DNA of 64,000 nt from an uncultured Spirochaetota bacterium (lineage in GTDB: Bacteria; Spirochaetota; Spirochaetia; Treponematales; UBA12059), in NCBI GenBank assembly GCA_937873275.1, contig CALMRC010000052.1, forward strand, positions 4,309 through 68,308. The letters run 5' to 3'. This document shows, in pieces, positions 28,965-37,187 of the stretch. The translations under genes were made by a program, and so were the position numbers. The notes below the pieces were generated by a model that ran no database searches, was not told the DNA's origin, and saw nothing but the letters and a program-made list of their open reading frames with translations. How positions within the stretch are numbered: the stretch's first letter is position 1; every line of letters starts with the position of its first letter.

Positions 28965-28972
28965 GGCGGTTC

Positions 28973-29001
28973 ACTATGTCCCGGGGCGCCGGGGATGTCA
29001 A
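28973..29001 (-). promoter_or_regulatory. Putative sigma70-type promoter of metG, positioned for a (near-)leaderless mRNA
   Basis: On the minus strand: TTGACA (29001-28996), 17-nt spacer, CATAGT (28978-28973). Only 8 nt separate the -10 from ATG 28964, with no SD. Confidence 0.4.
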
Positions 29002-29048
29002 GGATCGGGCTTCGGGACCCCGGGCCCTTTCCGCTCTCTCCCCTGGAT

Positions 29049-29120
29049 GGTGCGATAGCGCGGCGAGCCGCGCTATCGCACCGCAGGTTGTCGAATAGCC
29101 GGAAGCCTTTCGACAACCTG
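29049..29120 (-). terminator. Two tandem long perfect hairpins immediately downstream of the large OMP gene
   Basis: Hairpin 1 (29049-29082) has a 15-16-bp perfect stem, ggtgcgatagcgcggc/gccgcgctatcgcacc. Hairpin 2 (29084-29120) has a 12-bp stem, caggttgtcgaa/ttcgacaacctg, with a 13-nt loop, and abuts the stop at 29121. No U-tract. Confidence 0.55.
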
Positions 29121-32100
29121 CTAGAACATCACCCGGGCCGTCAGGGTCAGCTCGAAGCCCAGGATCCAGTACGCCTGTCCGTCCAGAAGGTTGAGATTCT
29201 GGTAGGTTCCCAACCGGGCCGACAGGCTTGCCTTCTGGGACGCGACGTACCTGGTTTCGTAGGATTGGGCCAACTCCACGTCGATCCGGTCCTGGTAGGC
29301 GTACGGGCGCTTCACCAGGGCCGAGGCCCCCCACACCTCCGAGAGACGCCCCGTCGCGGACTTCAGGGAGTCCCAGAACCCGGAGACCAGGGTCCGTTCC
29401 TCCGCGTCCGCGGCCGATCCGGTCTTTTCGGTCCCGGGGCGTTCGGGGGATTCCAGGAGCCGGGCGACCAAGTCCCCAAGCCAGGTCCGGGTCGGCCGCA
29501 AGGTCAGGTTCAAGGAAAACCGCTCGCTCCAGGCGAGCCCGTCCCGGGATTCCTTCAGGTCCAGGCGGTTCTCGGCGACCAGGTTGTCCTCCCGGCTCGT
29601 GTAGAAGGAGGCCAAGACCGTGTGGGCGAAGGCGGCCAGCGGGTCGGGGTCGTCCCGGTAGGCGGTCAAGGAGGCCGAGAAACGCTGGGAGTATTCGTCC
29701 ACCGAGTAGAGCCGGGAGAGACGGTAGGTTCCCCGGGACCCGAAGAGGTTGACCGCGGCCATCGTGGCGGAGGCTTCCAGGACCCGGGCGTCCGTGACCG
29801 TGTCCAGGGAGGAGGACAGCTCCCTCCGAAGGGACAGGGCGGCCTTGTTCGGAAGGAGGAGATCCGTCCACCGGGAACCGTAGCGCCGGCCCAGAAGGAC
29901 ACCCGCCTCGGGGCGGTAGGCGGCGGATGCGGTCCCCGTCGCGGCTGCTGCGAACCGGTCCGCCGTGGCGGAATCGAAGAGTTCCGAGAAAGGCACGGAA
30001 ATGTACAGGAAGTCCGATTCGGCGAACCGGTCGATCCAGAACTCCCAGTCGCCGGGGAATCCGTCCGATGCGGAAACCGCGCCGGATGTCCAGACCCGCC
30101 GGTAGTAGGGTTCCACGGTGCCCCGGCCCGCCGAGAAGGACCAACCCAGCCGGCCGTCCAGGCCGGCGCTTCCCCCGGGGGCGGGGGTGGCCGCGTCGGT
30201 GAGTCCCTGGTCCGCCGCGAGGCTCAGGGTTCCGCCCCCGGCCTTCCAGGTTCCCGCAACCTTCGTGGTACGCCGGGAGGAGGTCGCCTCCAGGGCGGGC
30301 ACGGCGTACCGGAACGCCTCGATCCACGCCTCCCCGTAGGAGGCGGGCAGGTCGACGGTTCCGGCCGCTCGGTTCAAAAGGTTGGCCGTCAGGGCCATCC
30401 AGGACCCGGCGTTCAACCGGAGGTCCCAGGACTGTTCCAGGATGGAACCGCCGTAGGTCGAGGCCTGCTCCAGGGCCAGCCCGAACCCCCGGGCCTTCAC
30501 GGACAGGAAGTCCCGACGTCCGAACCGGTCCGAGCCGGAGTCGAACTGGAAGCTGTCCCCCAGGGAGAGTCCCTCCAGGGGGAGTTCCAGGGAATGACCG
30601 TAAGCCCCGTCCGAAAACCGTCCCTCCGCGTACCCTTGCCGGAGGTTCGCCGCGAGCTTCACCGGTCCCAGGGCGACCCGTCCGTCCAGGTATCCCGCGA
30701 AGCTCGAGTCCTCGGAGATCGTTCCGGCGAGCCGGGCGGAGAGGCCCGGGTCGGACAGGATCGCCCTCCCTCCGGATTCCGCGACGGCGCCGTCCCGGCT
30801 CCAGGAGAAGGATCCCCGCCCGGACAGGGAGACCTCCCCGGCGGGGTCCAGGAAATGCAGTTCGTCGATGAGGACGGATCCGTCCGTGACTCCGGTCACG
30901 GAGATCGCGATCCGTCCGGCGCTCGCGGAAGGATCCGCGGAAAGCGTCGCCCCGGCGACGAGGATTTCCGGACCGTCCTCCGAATCCTGGTAGTATAGCT
31001 TGGGGATCCCGTCGTACCGGACCACGAAGCGGCGCCAGGTATCCGTCAATACCAGGGCGGGCACCTGGACGGAGACGGCGACGGCCGCGCCGTCCAGGGA
31101 TACCTCAAGCAGAGCTCCCGCGGCGCCCGCATCCCTCCGCGCGAAGAACGCGAAGGCCCGGTAATCCCCGACGGATACGGGTTCCGCGTACCGGACGACC
31201 TCGGCCGCGGCGCCGCTCGCGAGCGTGAAGTACAGTTCGAGGGCCTTCTGGTAGGAGGTCGCCGAGTGGAACCGGCCGTAGAGCTTCGGGAAGAGGACTT
31301 CCAGGGCGGAGTCGGCGACAGCCGCGACATCGGCTCCCGCCGGCCAGGTCCCCGTCGGCCGGAAGGGGCTGGTCCAGGAGGACGCCTCCTCCATGCCCGC
31401 CACCCGGGAGTATCCCGAGGCGTCGGGACGCCGGTAGCCCGCGGCCAGGGCCGCTTCCGCCTTGAACCGCGTGGAAGCTCCGGGCCCCTCGACCGGCGTC
31501 CCCGCTGCAGGTTCCGGGGATCCCCCCCGGATCCCCGCGGTGAGGACCAGGGATCCCGGGACCGCGTCCCCCCCCTCGGAGTATCCCGTCCCGGGCACGC
31601 CCCACCGGAGGCCCAGGGCCGTCCAGGCCTTCCAGTCCCGGGAGAGGTCGAAGATCCCCCCCAGGCCCGCGGCCAGGCTGCCGGCGCTCCGGTCGGCGGA
31701 GGCCAGGAGGTAGGAGACCTCGATGGTGTCCGAGATGCCCGGGTCCCGGTCCAGGGTAACGGTGTTCCCGGACGGGTCGTATCGGAAGCCGTAGTCCAGG
31801 ACCCCGTTGCGGCGGACTTCGACGGATCCCGGGAGCACCCCCGTCTCCTCCAGGACCAGGCTTCCGGGGGCGCCGTAGGTCTCCACCACCAGGACCCGGG
31901 AGTACGCCGGGGCGGGTTCCTCGGGGGGATCCTCCGAGGAATCGACGGCGTCGGGATCGTAGACCCAGTCCATGTCGACGTCGATCAGTGTGCGCGGTGG
32001 CCCGAGGAAGGGCATGCGGAAATCGTAGTCGTCGAAGCCGGCGGCGGCGGTGTCCGCGCCGGTTTGGGTGATCCGGACGAATCCGTCCGAGAGTACCGTG

Positions 32101-33188
32101 GCGGTGTAGGAAGCGTCCGGCAGGCCTGTGGTCTCGTTCCGGACGTACGCCGTCGCGGCGGCGGACGCCGAGGACGACAGGGCGTAGCGGTTGGCCACCT
32201 GGAAGCCCTCGTGGATGCCCCGTTCGTAGAGGACGAGGGCCGGGCCGGGGGCTATACCGGTTACGGTGATCGGGGCTTCCCCGTAGAAGGGCGGTTCGTC
32301 CGCGGCTCCGCCCCCGGGTATCGTCATGGATCCGCCGTTATAGTAGACGAGCAGCCGTCGTTCCGCCCCCACCGCGGTGTTCAGGTCCAACCGGCCGGTT
32401 GCGGCGGACAAGGAGTACTCGTCTTCAGTCATCTTGCGATACTTCCGGGTGTCCGATCCCGTGATCGTTCCCGCGCTGCTTTCTATGTAGAGCTCGACGT
32501 CGGCGACATTCTGATCCGGCAGGGTGAACCACCGGCCCCGGACGTACTCGGAAGGCCGGTACACGGTTCGGGAGACTTCCCGGTTCCCGATCCAGGTCTG
32601 GGTGACCCGGCGGGCCTGGTCGTACCGGACCAGGAAGTGGGCGGATCCCGTGTCGTTTTTTCCCAGGGCGGACAGGCCGAAGGACGTGGAGCTCCCGGTC
32701 CCCAGGGATAGGTAGGGCAGGTCCGGGAAGGAGACGCCCTTGTTCCCGACCCGGACTTCCCGGAGGAACTCCCCTTCCCCGCCCTTGTAGCCCGCGGCGT
32801 ACTCGTCCCCGAAGCCCTCGGCGGAAAGGCTGGCCTCCACGAACCAGCGGTCCAGGAGGGTCAGGGACAGCCAGAGGTCCGGTACCTGCCGAAAGAGGAG
32901 CGTGGGGGCGGAGGCCCCCGCGTTGGCGCCCAGCCCGAAGGCCCCGGAGGCCAGCACGGATACCTCCCAGTATCCTTCGGCGACGAGGTCCACGTCCGAG
33001 TCCCCCATCCGCAGGGACAGAAGACTTTCCGGCGCCTCCACGGGGAGGACGGGCACCGGCGGAAGGCTCCCGGGATCCGGGAGGGCGGCCGCGGCGGAGT
33101 CCTCCGGAAGCGGTTCCTCCGTAACCTGGGCCCCGGCGAGAAGGGCGGCCAGGGCAAAAATCGCCGCGACGGCGCTTTTCTTTCCCAT
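29121..33188 (-). CDS. Large (1355 aa) signal-peptide protein, predicted outer-membrane beta-barrel, function unknown
   Basis: Track ORF 29121..34328 trimmed to ATG 33188 (MGKKSAVAAIFALAALLAGAQV, a Sec signal). Composition is rich in Ser/Gly/Thr/Tyr/Ala with alternating patterns. The C-terminus ...ILGFELTLTARVMF ends in Phe like OMP beta-signals. Confidence 0.75.
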   Translation of the reverse strand: MGKKSAVAAIFALAALLAGAQVTEEPLPEDSAAAALPDPGSLPPVPVLPVEAPESLLSLRMGDSDVDLVAEGYWEVSVLASGAFGLGANAGASAPTLLFRQVPDLWLSLTLLDRWFVEASLSAEGFGDEYAAGYKGGEGEFLREVRVGNKGVSFPDLPYLSLGTGSSTSFGLSALGKNDTGSAHFLVRYDQARRVTQTWIGNREVSRTVYRPSEYVRGRWFTLPDQNVADVELYIESSAGTITGSDTRKYRKMTEDEYSLSAATGRLDLNTAVGAERRLLVYYNGGSMTIPGGGAADEPPFYGEAPITVTGIAPGPALVLYERGIHEGFQVANRYALSSSASAAATAYVRNETTGLPDASYTATVLSDGFVRITQTGADTAAAGFDDYDFRMPFLGPPRTLIDVDMDWVYDPDAVDSSEDPPEEPAPAYSRVLVVETYGAPGSLVLEETGVLPGSVEVRRNGVLDYGFRYDPSGNTVTLDRDPGISDTIEVSYLLASADRSAGSLAAGLGGIFDLSRDWKAWTALGLRWGVPGTGYSEGGDAVPGSLVLTAGIRGGSPEPAAGTPVEGPGASTRFKAEAALAAGYRRPDASGYSRVAGMEEASSWTSPFRPTGTWPAGADVAAVADSALEVLFPKLYGRFHSATSYQKALELYFTLASGAAAEVVRYAEPVSVGDYRAFAFFARRDAGAAGALLEVSLDGAAVAVSVQVPALVLTDTWRRFVVRYDGIPKLYYQDSEDGPEILVAGATLSADPSASAGRIAISVTGVTDGSVLIDELHFLDPAGEVSLSGRGSFSWSRDGAVAESGGRAILSDPGLSARLAGTISEDSSFAGYLDGRVALGPVKLAANLRQGYAEGRFSDGAYGHSLELPLEGLSLGDSFQFDSGSDRFGRRDFLSVKARGFGLALEQASTYGGSILEQSWDLRLNAGSWMALTANLLNRAAGTVDLPASYGEAWIEAFRYAVPALEATSSRRTTKVAGTWKAGGGTLSLAADQGLTDAATPAPGGSAGLDGRLGWSFSAGRGTVEPYYRRVWTSGAVSASDGFPGDWEFWIDRFAESDFLYISVPFSELFDSATADRFAAAATGTASAAYRPEAGVLLGRRYGSRWTDLLLPNKAALSLRRELSSSLDTVTDARVLEASATMAAVNLFGSRGTYRLSRLYSVDEYSQRFSASLTAYRDDPDPLAAFAHTVLASFYTSREDNLVAENRLDLKESRDGLAWSERFSLNLTLRPTRTWLGDLVARLLESPERPGTEKTGSAADAEERTLVSGFWDSLKSATGRLSEVWGASALVKRPYAYQDRIDVELAQSYETRYVASQKASLSARLGTYQNLNLLDGQAYWILGFELTLTARVMF

Positions 33189-33240
33189 GATTGGCTTGTA
33201 TGATAGTAGCGCGGCGGTGAACCGCCTCACAAGGCCGACC

Positions 33241-33888
33241 ATGAAAGAAAGATCCCCCGGCCCGCTGGGCATCCTCCTTGCGGTTCCGGCCGCCGTTTCC
33301 CTGGCGGCCTGGGCGTTCGAGGAGATCTCCGTCCTCGCCTCCCTGCCGGCGCCGTACGCCGCCTGGGCCTCCCTCGCCGGACTCGCCTTGGACTCCTGTG
33401 TGCTCGGCGTCGGACTCGCCCTGGCCGCCCTGCGGGTCTCGGGATCCCCGGACCTCCCGGGGGCTTCCTGGATCGAGATTCTCTCCTCCCTCCCGGTCAT
33501 CGTACTCTGCTCCGCACCGGTCGCGTACGCGTTCCTGGAGGGCCGCCCGGAAACCGTTCCTCCGATCCTCCTGGCCGCCCGGAGCCTGCGCCTGCTCCGG
33601 CTCCGGCGGGTGTCGCCTTCGATCCCCCCGGGAATTCCCGCGGTCCTTGTCCTCGGCGAAATCTTCCGGGTCTTCGCCCGGGTCTTCTTGGCGGACCTCC
33701 CCCGGTACGCCGCCTCCGCCCGTCTTCTCCTGGTGCCGGAGGCCCTCCTGATCACGGCCGCCGCGGTCCTGGCGGTCCGGGGCTTCGGCATCCGCCGCTC
33801 CGCCCGATCCTCGGCCCCCAAGGCTGGGGACCCCCTGGTCGGGGAGGACGAACTGGCGGGACTCCTGGGCAAGAGGTCCACGTGGTAG
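33241..33888 (+). CDS. Six-TM membrane protein with S4-type Arg-every-third-residue helix but no pore loop (voltage-sensor-like)
   Basis: ATG 33241 within track ORF 32902..33888, 215 aa. High GC3. Hydrophobic helices plus ILLAARSLRLLRLRRV. Divergent from the OMP gene. Confidence 0.5.
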   Translation: MKERSPGPLGILLAVPAAVSLAAWAFEEISVLASLPAPYAAWASLAGLALDSCVLGVGLALAALRVSGSPDLPGASWIEILSSLPVIVLCSAPVAYAFLEGRPETVPPILLAARSLRLLRLRRVSPSIPPGIPAVLVLGEIFRVFARVFLADLPRYAASARLLLVPEALLITAAAVLAVRGFGIRRSARSSAPKAGDPLVGEDELAGLLGKRSTW

Positions 33889-34166
33889 TCTCCATGATCC
33901 AGTTCATCCTGGAGCTGCCGGAAACCACCAGCCTGAAGGAAAAGCGGCGGATCGTGGTCTCCGTAAAGGAACAGCTCCGGACGAAATTCCGCATCTCCTG
34001 CGCGGAGGTCGATCTCCTGGATTCCCTCCAGTGGGCCCAGCTGGGGGGCGCCCTGGTCTCCAATTCCCGGGAGCACGGGGAGCAGGTTCTCAACAAGGCC
34101 CTGGCCTTCGCGGAGCGGCTGTGCCGGGTCCGGGACGTCCAAATCCACAGCGAGGTCTTCGAATGA
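33882..34166 (+). CDS. DUF503 (YlxP-like) protein
   Basis: 94 aa. The LELPETTSLKEKRRIVVSVKEQLRTKF and ...VSNSREHGEQVLNKALAFAE pattern is typical of DUF503. The start is either GTG 33882 or ATG 33894. Confidence 0.75.
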   Translation: MVVSMIQFILELPETTSLKEKRRIVVSVKEQLRTKFRISCAEVDLLDSLQWAQLGGALVSNSREHGEQVLNKALAFAERLCRVRDVQIHSEVFE

Positions 34167-34807
34167 CCCGCCCGGGACGTTCCGGGGGAGCTCCGACGCG
34201 CCGGGCCCTCGCCGGTACCGCGCTGGGTTCCCTGGTCCTGATCCTGACCGCCTGCGTCGGGCTGAACGCCGAGGCTGTGGTCTCCCCGGACGGCTCCGGA
34301 CGGCTCGCGGTACAGTATTCCCTTCCACGATACCTCTCGGTCCTGGACAGCATGGCCGACCCGGGCGGCACCCTGCCCTTCCCGGTCGAGCGGGAGACCC
34401 TGGACCGCCGGGCCCTCGCGACGCCCGGTGTGACCGTGACCCGCTGGTCCCGGGAGGACCTCCCCGACGAGATCCGCGTCTCCGCGGAACTACGGTTTAC
34501 CGGAATTCAACCCCTGGTGGAATTCCTGGATCCCGGGGAATCCCGGCTTTCGTATGCCGAGGAGGGCGGCCGCCGCCGGCTGCGGGTTGTCCTCGCGGAC
34601 GGAATTCCGCGGACCCGGGATGCGACGACCTGGGCCGACCTCCAGTACGACGCCTACGAGGTATCCCTCTCCCTTTCGATCCCGAACCGGACGTTGTCCT
34701 CGTCCCCCGGCACGGTTACGTCCTCCGGCTCGACGGCCCGGTATTCCGCCAAGACCGCCGATCTTCTCAAGCAATCCGCTCCCCTCGCCTGGGTGGTCTC
34801 ATGGTAG
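34163..34807 (+). CDS. Hypothetical lipoprotein
   Basis: Track ORF trimmed to ATG 34163 (ATGA overlap with the DUF503 stop). Signal plus lipobox LVLILTAC. No family recognised. Confidence 0.65.
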   Translation: MTRPGRSGGAPTRRALAGTALGSLVLILTACVGLNAEAVVSPDGSGRLAVQYSLPRYLSVLDSMADPGGTLPFPVERETLDRRALATPGVTVTRWSREDLPDEIRVSAELRFTGIQPLVEFLDPGESRLSYAEEGGRRRLRVVLADGIPRTRDATTWADLQYDAYEVSLSLSIPNRTLSSSPGTVTSSGSTARYSAKTADLLKQSAPLAWVVSW

Positions 34808-34840
34808 TCCTCCGTGGGGAATAACCTGAAAGGAGTCACG

Positions 34841-35983
34841 ATGCGAGCTCCGACCCTTCCGATCCTGACCGCCGCGACGATCCTGGCGTTGGCCGGCTGC
34901 GTCTCCGCGCCCCCCGCCCCGGTTTCCTCTCCCGTGCCGCCGGGAACCGCCCCTTCGGCGTCCTCCCGTTCGGATGAGCAGAGGCGTCTGCTGGAGGCCG
35001 GACGCGCCGCCCTCGACTCCAACCACACCGCGGAAGCCGTCCGCTCCTACGTGACCGTCCTGGTCCTTGCCCGGGAAGACGGATCCGCCGAAACGGCGCG
35101 CCTGGGCGCCCAGGCGGAATCGGAACTTGAGCGCATCGGAAACCGCCTCTCCCTCGAACCCGGGGATGGTTGGCTTTCTCCCGAAGGATCCCAGACGGCC
35201 GGTGCGGCCCGCTCGGTGGGCAAGGAGGGCGGACTTCAGCCCTCGGTTTTCCTGTTCGAGAATTTCGGCACCGCCAAGTCGCCGGTGGCCGACGCCCCGA
35301 TCCGGTTCGAGTTCCTGCGGGGCGGCGGGGTGCTCACGGCTTCCGTATCCACGGACGTGTACGGCCGGGCCAACGCGATCCTTTCCCGCCTGGATTCTCC
35401 CTCCGCGGGAGCCGTGATCCGGGCGTATCCCGCCTTCACGGTCCGGGGCTTCACGTACACGTTCCGCACCGTCCTGCGGGATTTCTCCTACCTTCCCCCC
35501 TCGAACGTCGCGAAGGTGGTGGCGTTGGAGCGGGGTCCGGAAGGCGCGGTCCAGAATCCCCAGGTCCTGGATTCCGTCGCCGCCGTCCTCAAGGGAGCGG
35601 GCATGGATCCTTCCCCCCTGGACGGCAAGCTCCTGGGAGCCGGCTTCGACCGGGCCTTCGGAGGCGATCCGGCCGCCGTCCGCTCCCTGGCGGCGTCGGC
35701 GGGCGCCTCCTACCTTGCCTTCGTGGTTTCCGAGTCCTCTCCGGCCCGGCAGATGGAGTACGGCGGGAAGAAGTACAACATCTTCACCAGCGACTGCAAA
35801 ACCACGATCCGGATCCTACGGGACGACGGGACCCTGGTCTTCGCCCTGCCTCTGGATCCCATACGGGGCCAGGGGGGCACGGCGACCGGGGCCGTGTCGG
35901 ACGCATTCCTGAAGGCCCGGGAGGCCTTGACCGCGGAGTTGAATCGGCGCATCGGAGAGATTAGGAAGGCTCTGGAACTGTAG
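34841..35983 (+). CDS. Hypothetical lipoprotein
   Basis: ATG 34841 preceded by AAAGGAG. Signal plus lipobox ILALAGC. 380 aa, no family recognised. Confidence 0.65.
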   Translation: MRAPTLPILTAATILALAGCVSAPPAPVSSPVPPGTAPSASSRSDEQRRLLEAGRAALDSNHTAEAVRSYVTVLVLAREDGSAETARLGAQAESELERIGNRLSLEPGDGWLSPEGSQTAGAARSVGKEGGLQPSVFLFENFGTAKSPVADAPIRFEFLRGGGVLTASVSTDVYGRANAILSRLDSPSAGAVIRAYPAFTVRGFTYTFRTVLRDFSYLPPSNVAKVVALERGPEGAVQNPQVLDSVAAVLKGAGMDPSPLDGKLLGAGFDRAFGGDPAAVRSLAASAGASYLAFVVSESSPARQMEYGGKKYNIFTSDCKTTIRILRDDGTLVFALPLDPIRGQGGTATGAVSDAFLKAREALTAELNRRIGEIRKALEL

Positions 35984-35998
35984 TACGGCCCCCCGGGA

Positions 35999-37177
35999 TC
36001 ATCCCTCCCCTGGGCCGGGGGTCCCGCCCCGGCCCAGGAGCCGGGCGCGGGTGACCTTCCCGACCCCCTTCGTCTCCAGCTCGAAGACCGCCCGTTCCAC
36101 CCGGGTACGCCGGTCATCCCCGGGAGCGAAGAGCTCGCCCTGGCATTCCGGCTTCACGTCCTGCAGGTTCCCCAGTCCCAACCCGATAAGCCGCACGGGG
36201 TTTCCGTTCCAGGCGGACCGGAAGAGTCGGACCGCCTCGGTCCAGAGCGCGCCGGATTCCTCGAACCAGCCCGGCGTGGTCCTCCGGGGATTGAGGGTGC
36301 GGAAGTCGGAGTACCTCAGCTTGATGAAGACAGTCCGGGATCGGACGTTCTCCCGCCAGGCGCGCATCCCGATCTCCTGGGCCATCCCCAGGAGCAGGGC
36401 CTCCAGTATTTCGGGGTCCGAGATATCCCGACCGAAGGTCCGCTCGGTGCTCATGGACCGGGAACCGGCCTCGGTCCGGAATATTCCCGGATCCTCTCCG
36501 CACGCCGCGGTGTACAGAAAGGCTCCGCCGGCAACCCCGAACAAGGCGGTCAAGCCCGCCTTCCCTATCTGCCGAAGCTGGGGAACGCTCCGGATTCCCA
36601 GTTCCCGGAACCGTTCCTGGGTCTTCTCCCCGGCCCCCCACAGCTTTCCCAACGGAAGGTCGGACATAAAGGACTCCTCGTCCCCCGGCTCTACCAAGGT
36701 AAGACCGTCGGGTTTCCGGAAGCCCGAGGCGATCTTGGCGATGTACCGGTTCGAGGCCGCCCCCACGGAGATGATCAACCCCGTCCTGCCCCGGACTTCG
36801 TCCTTCAACCGGGCGGCGGCCTGCCGGGGCGGCCCCCAGAGCCCCTCGGTGCCGCTCATGTCCAGGAAGGCCTCGTCCACCGATATTTGACGGACCTCCG
36901 GGGAGAACTCCCCCAGGATGCCCATGACCATCCGGGACATCTCGATGTACCGTTCCATCCGTACCGGCAGGAAAACCCCCCGGGGACAGAGGCGGACCGC
37001 CTCGGCGATCGGCATGGCGGAATGCACACCGAACGCCCGGGCCTCGTAGGAGCAGGTGGAGACGACTCCGCGGTGTCCGGGAGCGGCGCCGACGATGACC
37101 GGTTTCCCCACCAGGTCCGGTCGATCCAGCTGTTCCACCGAGGCGTAGAAGGCGTCCAGGTCGACGTGGAACTGCAT
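35999..37177 (-). CDS. dinB: DNA polymerase IV (Y-family translesion polymerase)
   Basis: 392 aa with HVDLDAFYASVEQ, SYEARAFGV and SVDEAFLDMSG motifs. Confidence 0.9.
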   Translation of the reverse strand: MQFHVDLDAFYASVEQLDRPDLVGKPVIVGAAPGHRGVVSTCSYEARAFGVHSAMPIAEAVRLCPRGVFLPVRMERYIEMSRMVMGILGEFSPEVRQISVDEAFLDMSGTEGLWGPPRQAAARLKDEVRGRTGLIISVGAASNRYIAKIASGFRKPDGLTLVEPGDEESFMSDLPLGKLWGAGEKTQERFRELGIRSVPQLRQIGKAGLTALFGVAGGAFLYTAACGEDPGIFRTEAGSRSMSTERTFGRDISDPEILEALLLGMAQEIGMRAWRENVRSRTVFIKLRYSDFRTLNPRRTTPGWFEESGALWTEAVRLFRSAWNGNPVRLIGLGLGNLQDVKPECQGELFAPGDDRRTRVERAVFELETKGVGKVTRARLLGRGGTPGPGEG

Positions 37178-37187
37178 CCTTCCTGCT

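Noticed and set aside
26529-30998. 1489-aa plus-strand ORF spanning metG and part of the OMP gene
   Set aside because: It is antisense to two genes with unmistakable identity or signal features (MetRS motifs; signal peptide and OMP terminus). The translation is monotonous Arg/Gly/Pro/Asp/Val with no motif. This is a classic high-GC shadow ORF.
29121-33188. Assigning the giant OMP to the SprA (T9SS translocon) family
   Set aside because: I noticed a vaguely SprA-like ...GYKGGEGEF..V.VGN... segment. The comparison rests on uncertain memory of SprA sequence, and no other T9SS gene is in the window. It is left as a test to run, not a call.
33189-34328. N-terminal 380-aa extension of the track ORF 29121..34328 (1735 aa)
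   Set aside because: The extension is Arg/Pro/Ser-rich. It overlaps four well-formed plus-strand genes, including DUF503. It precedes an internal ATG (33188) that begins a perfect Sec signal peptide, so the true start is taken as 33188.
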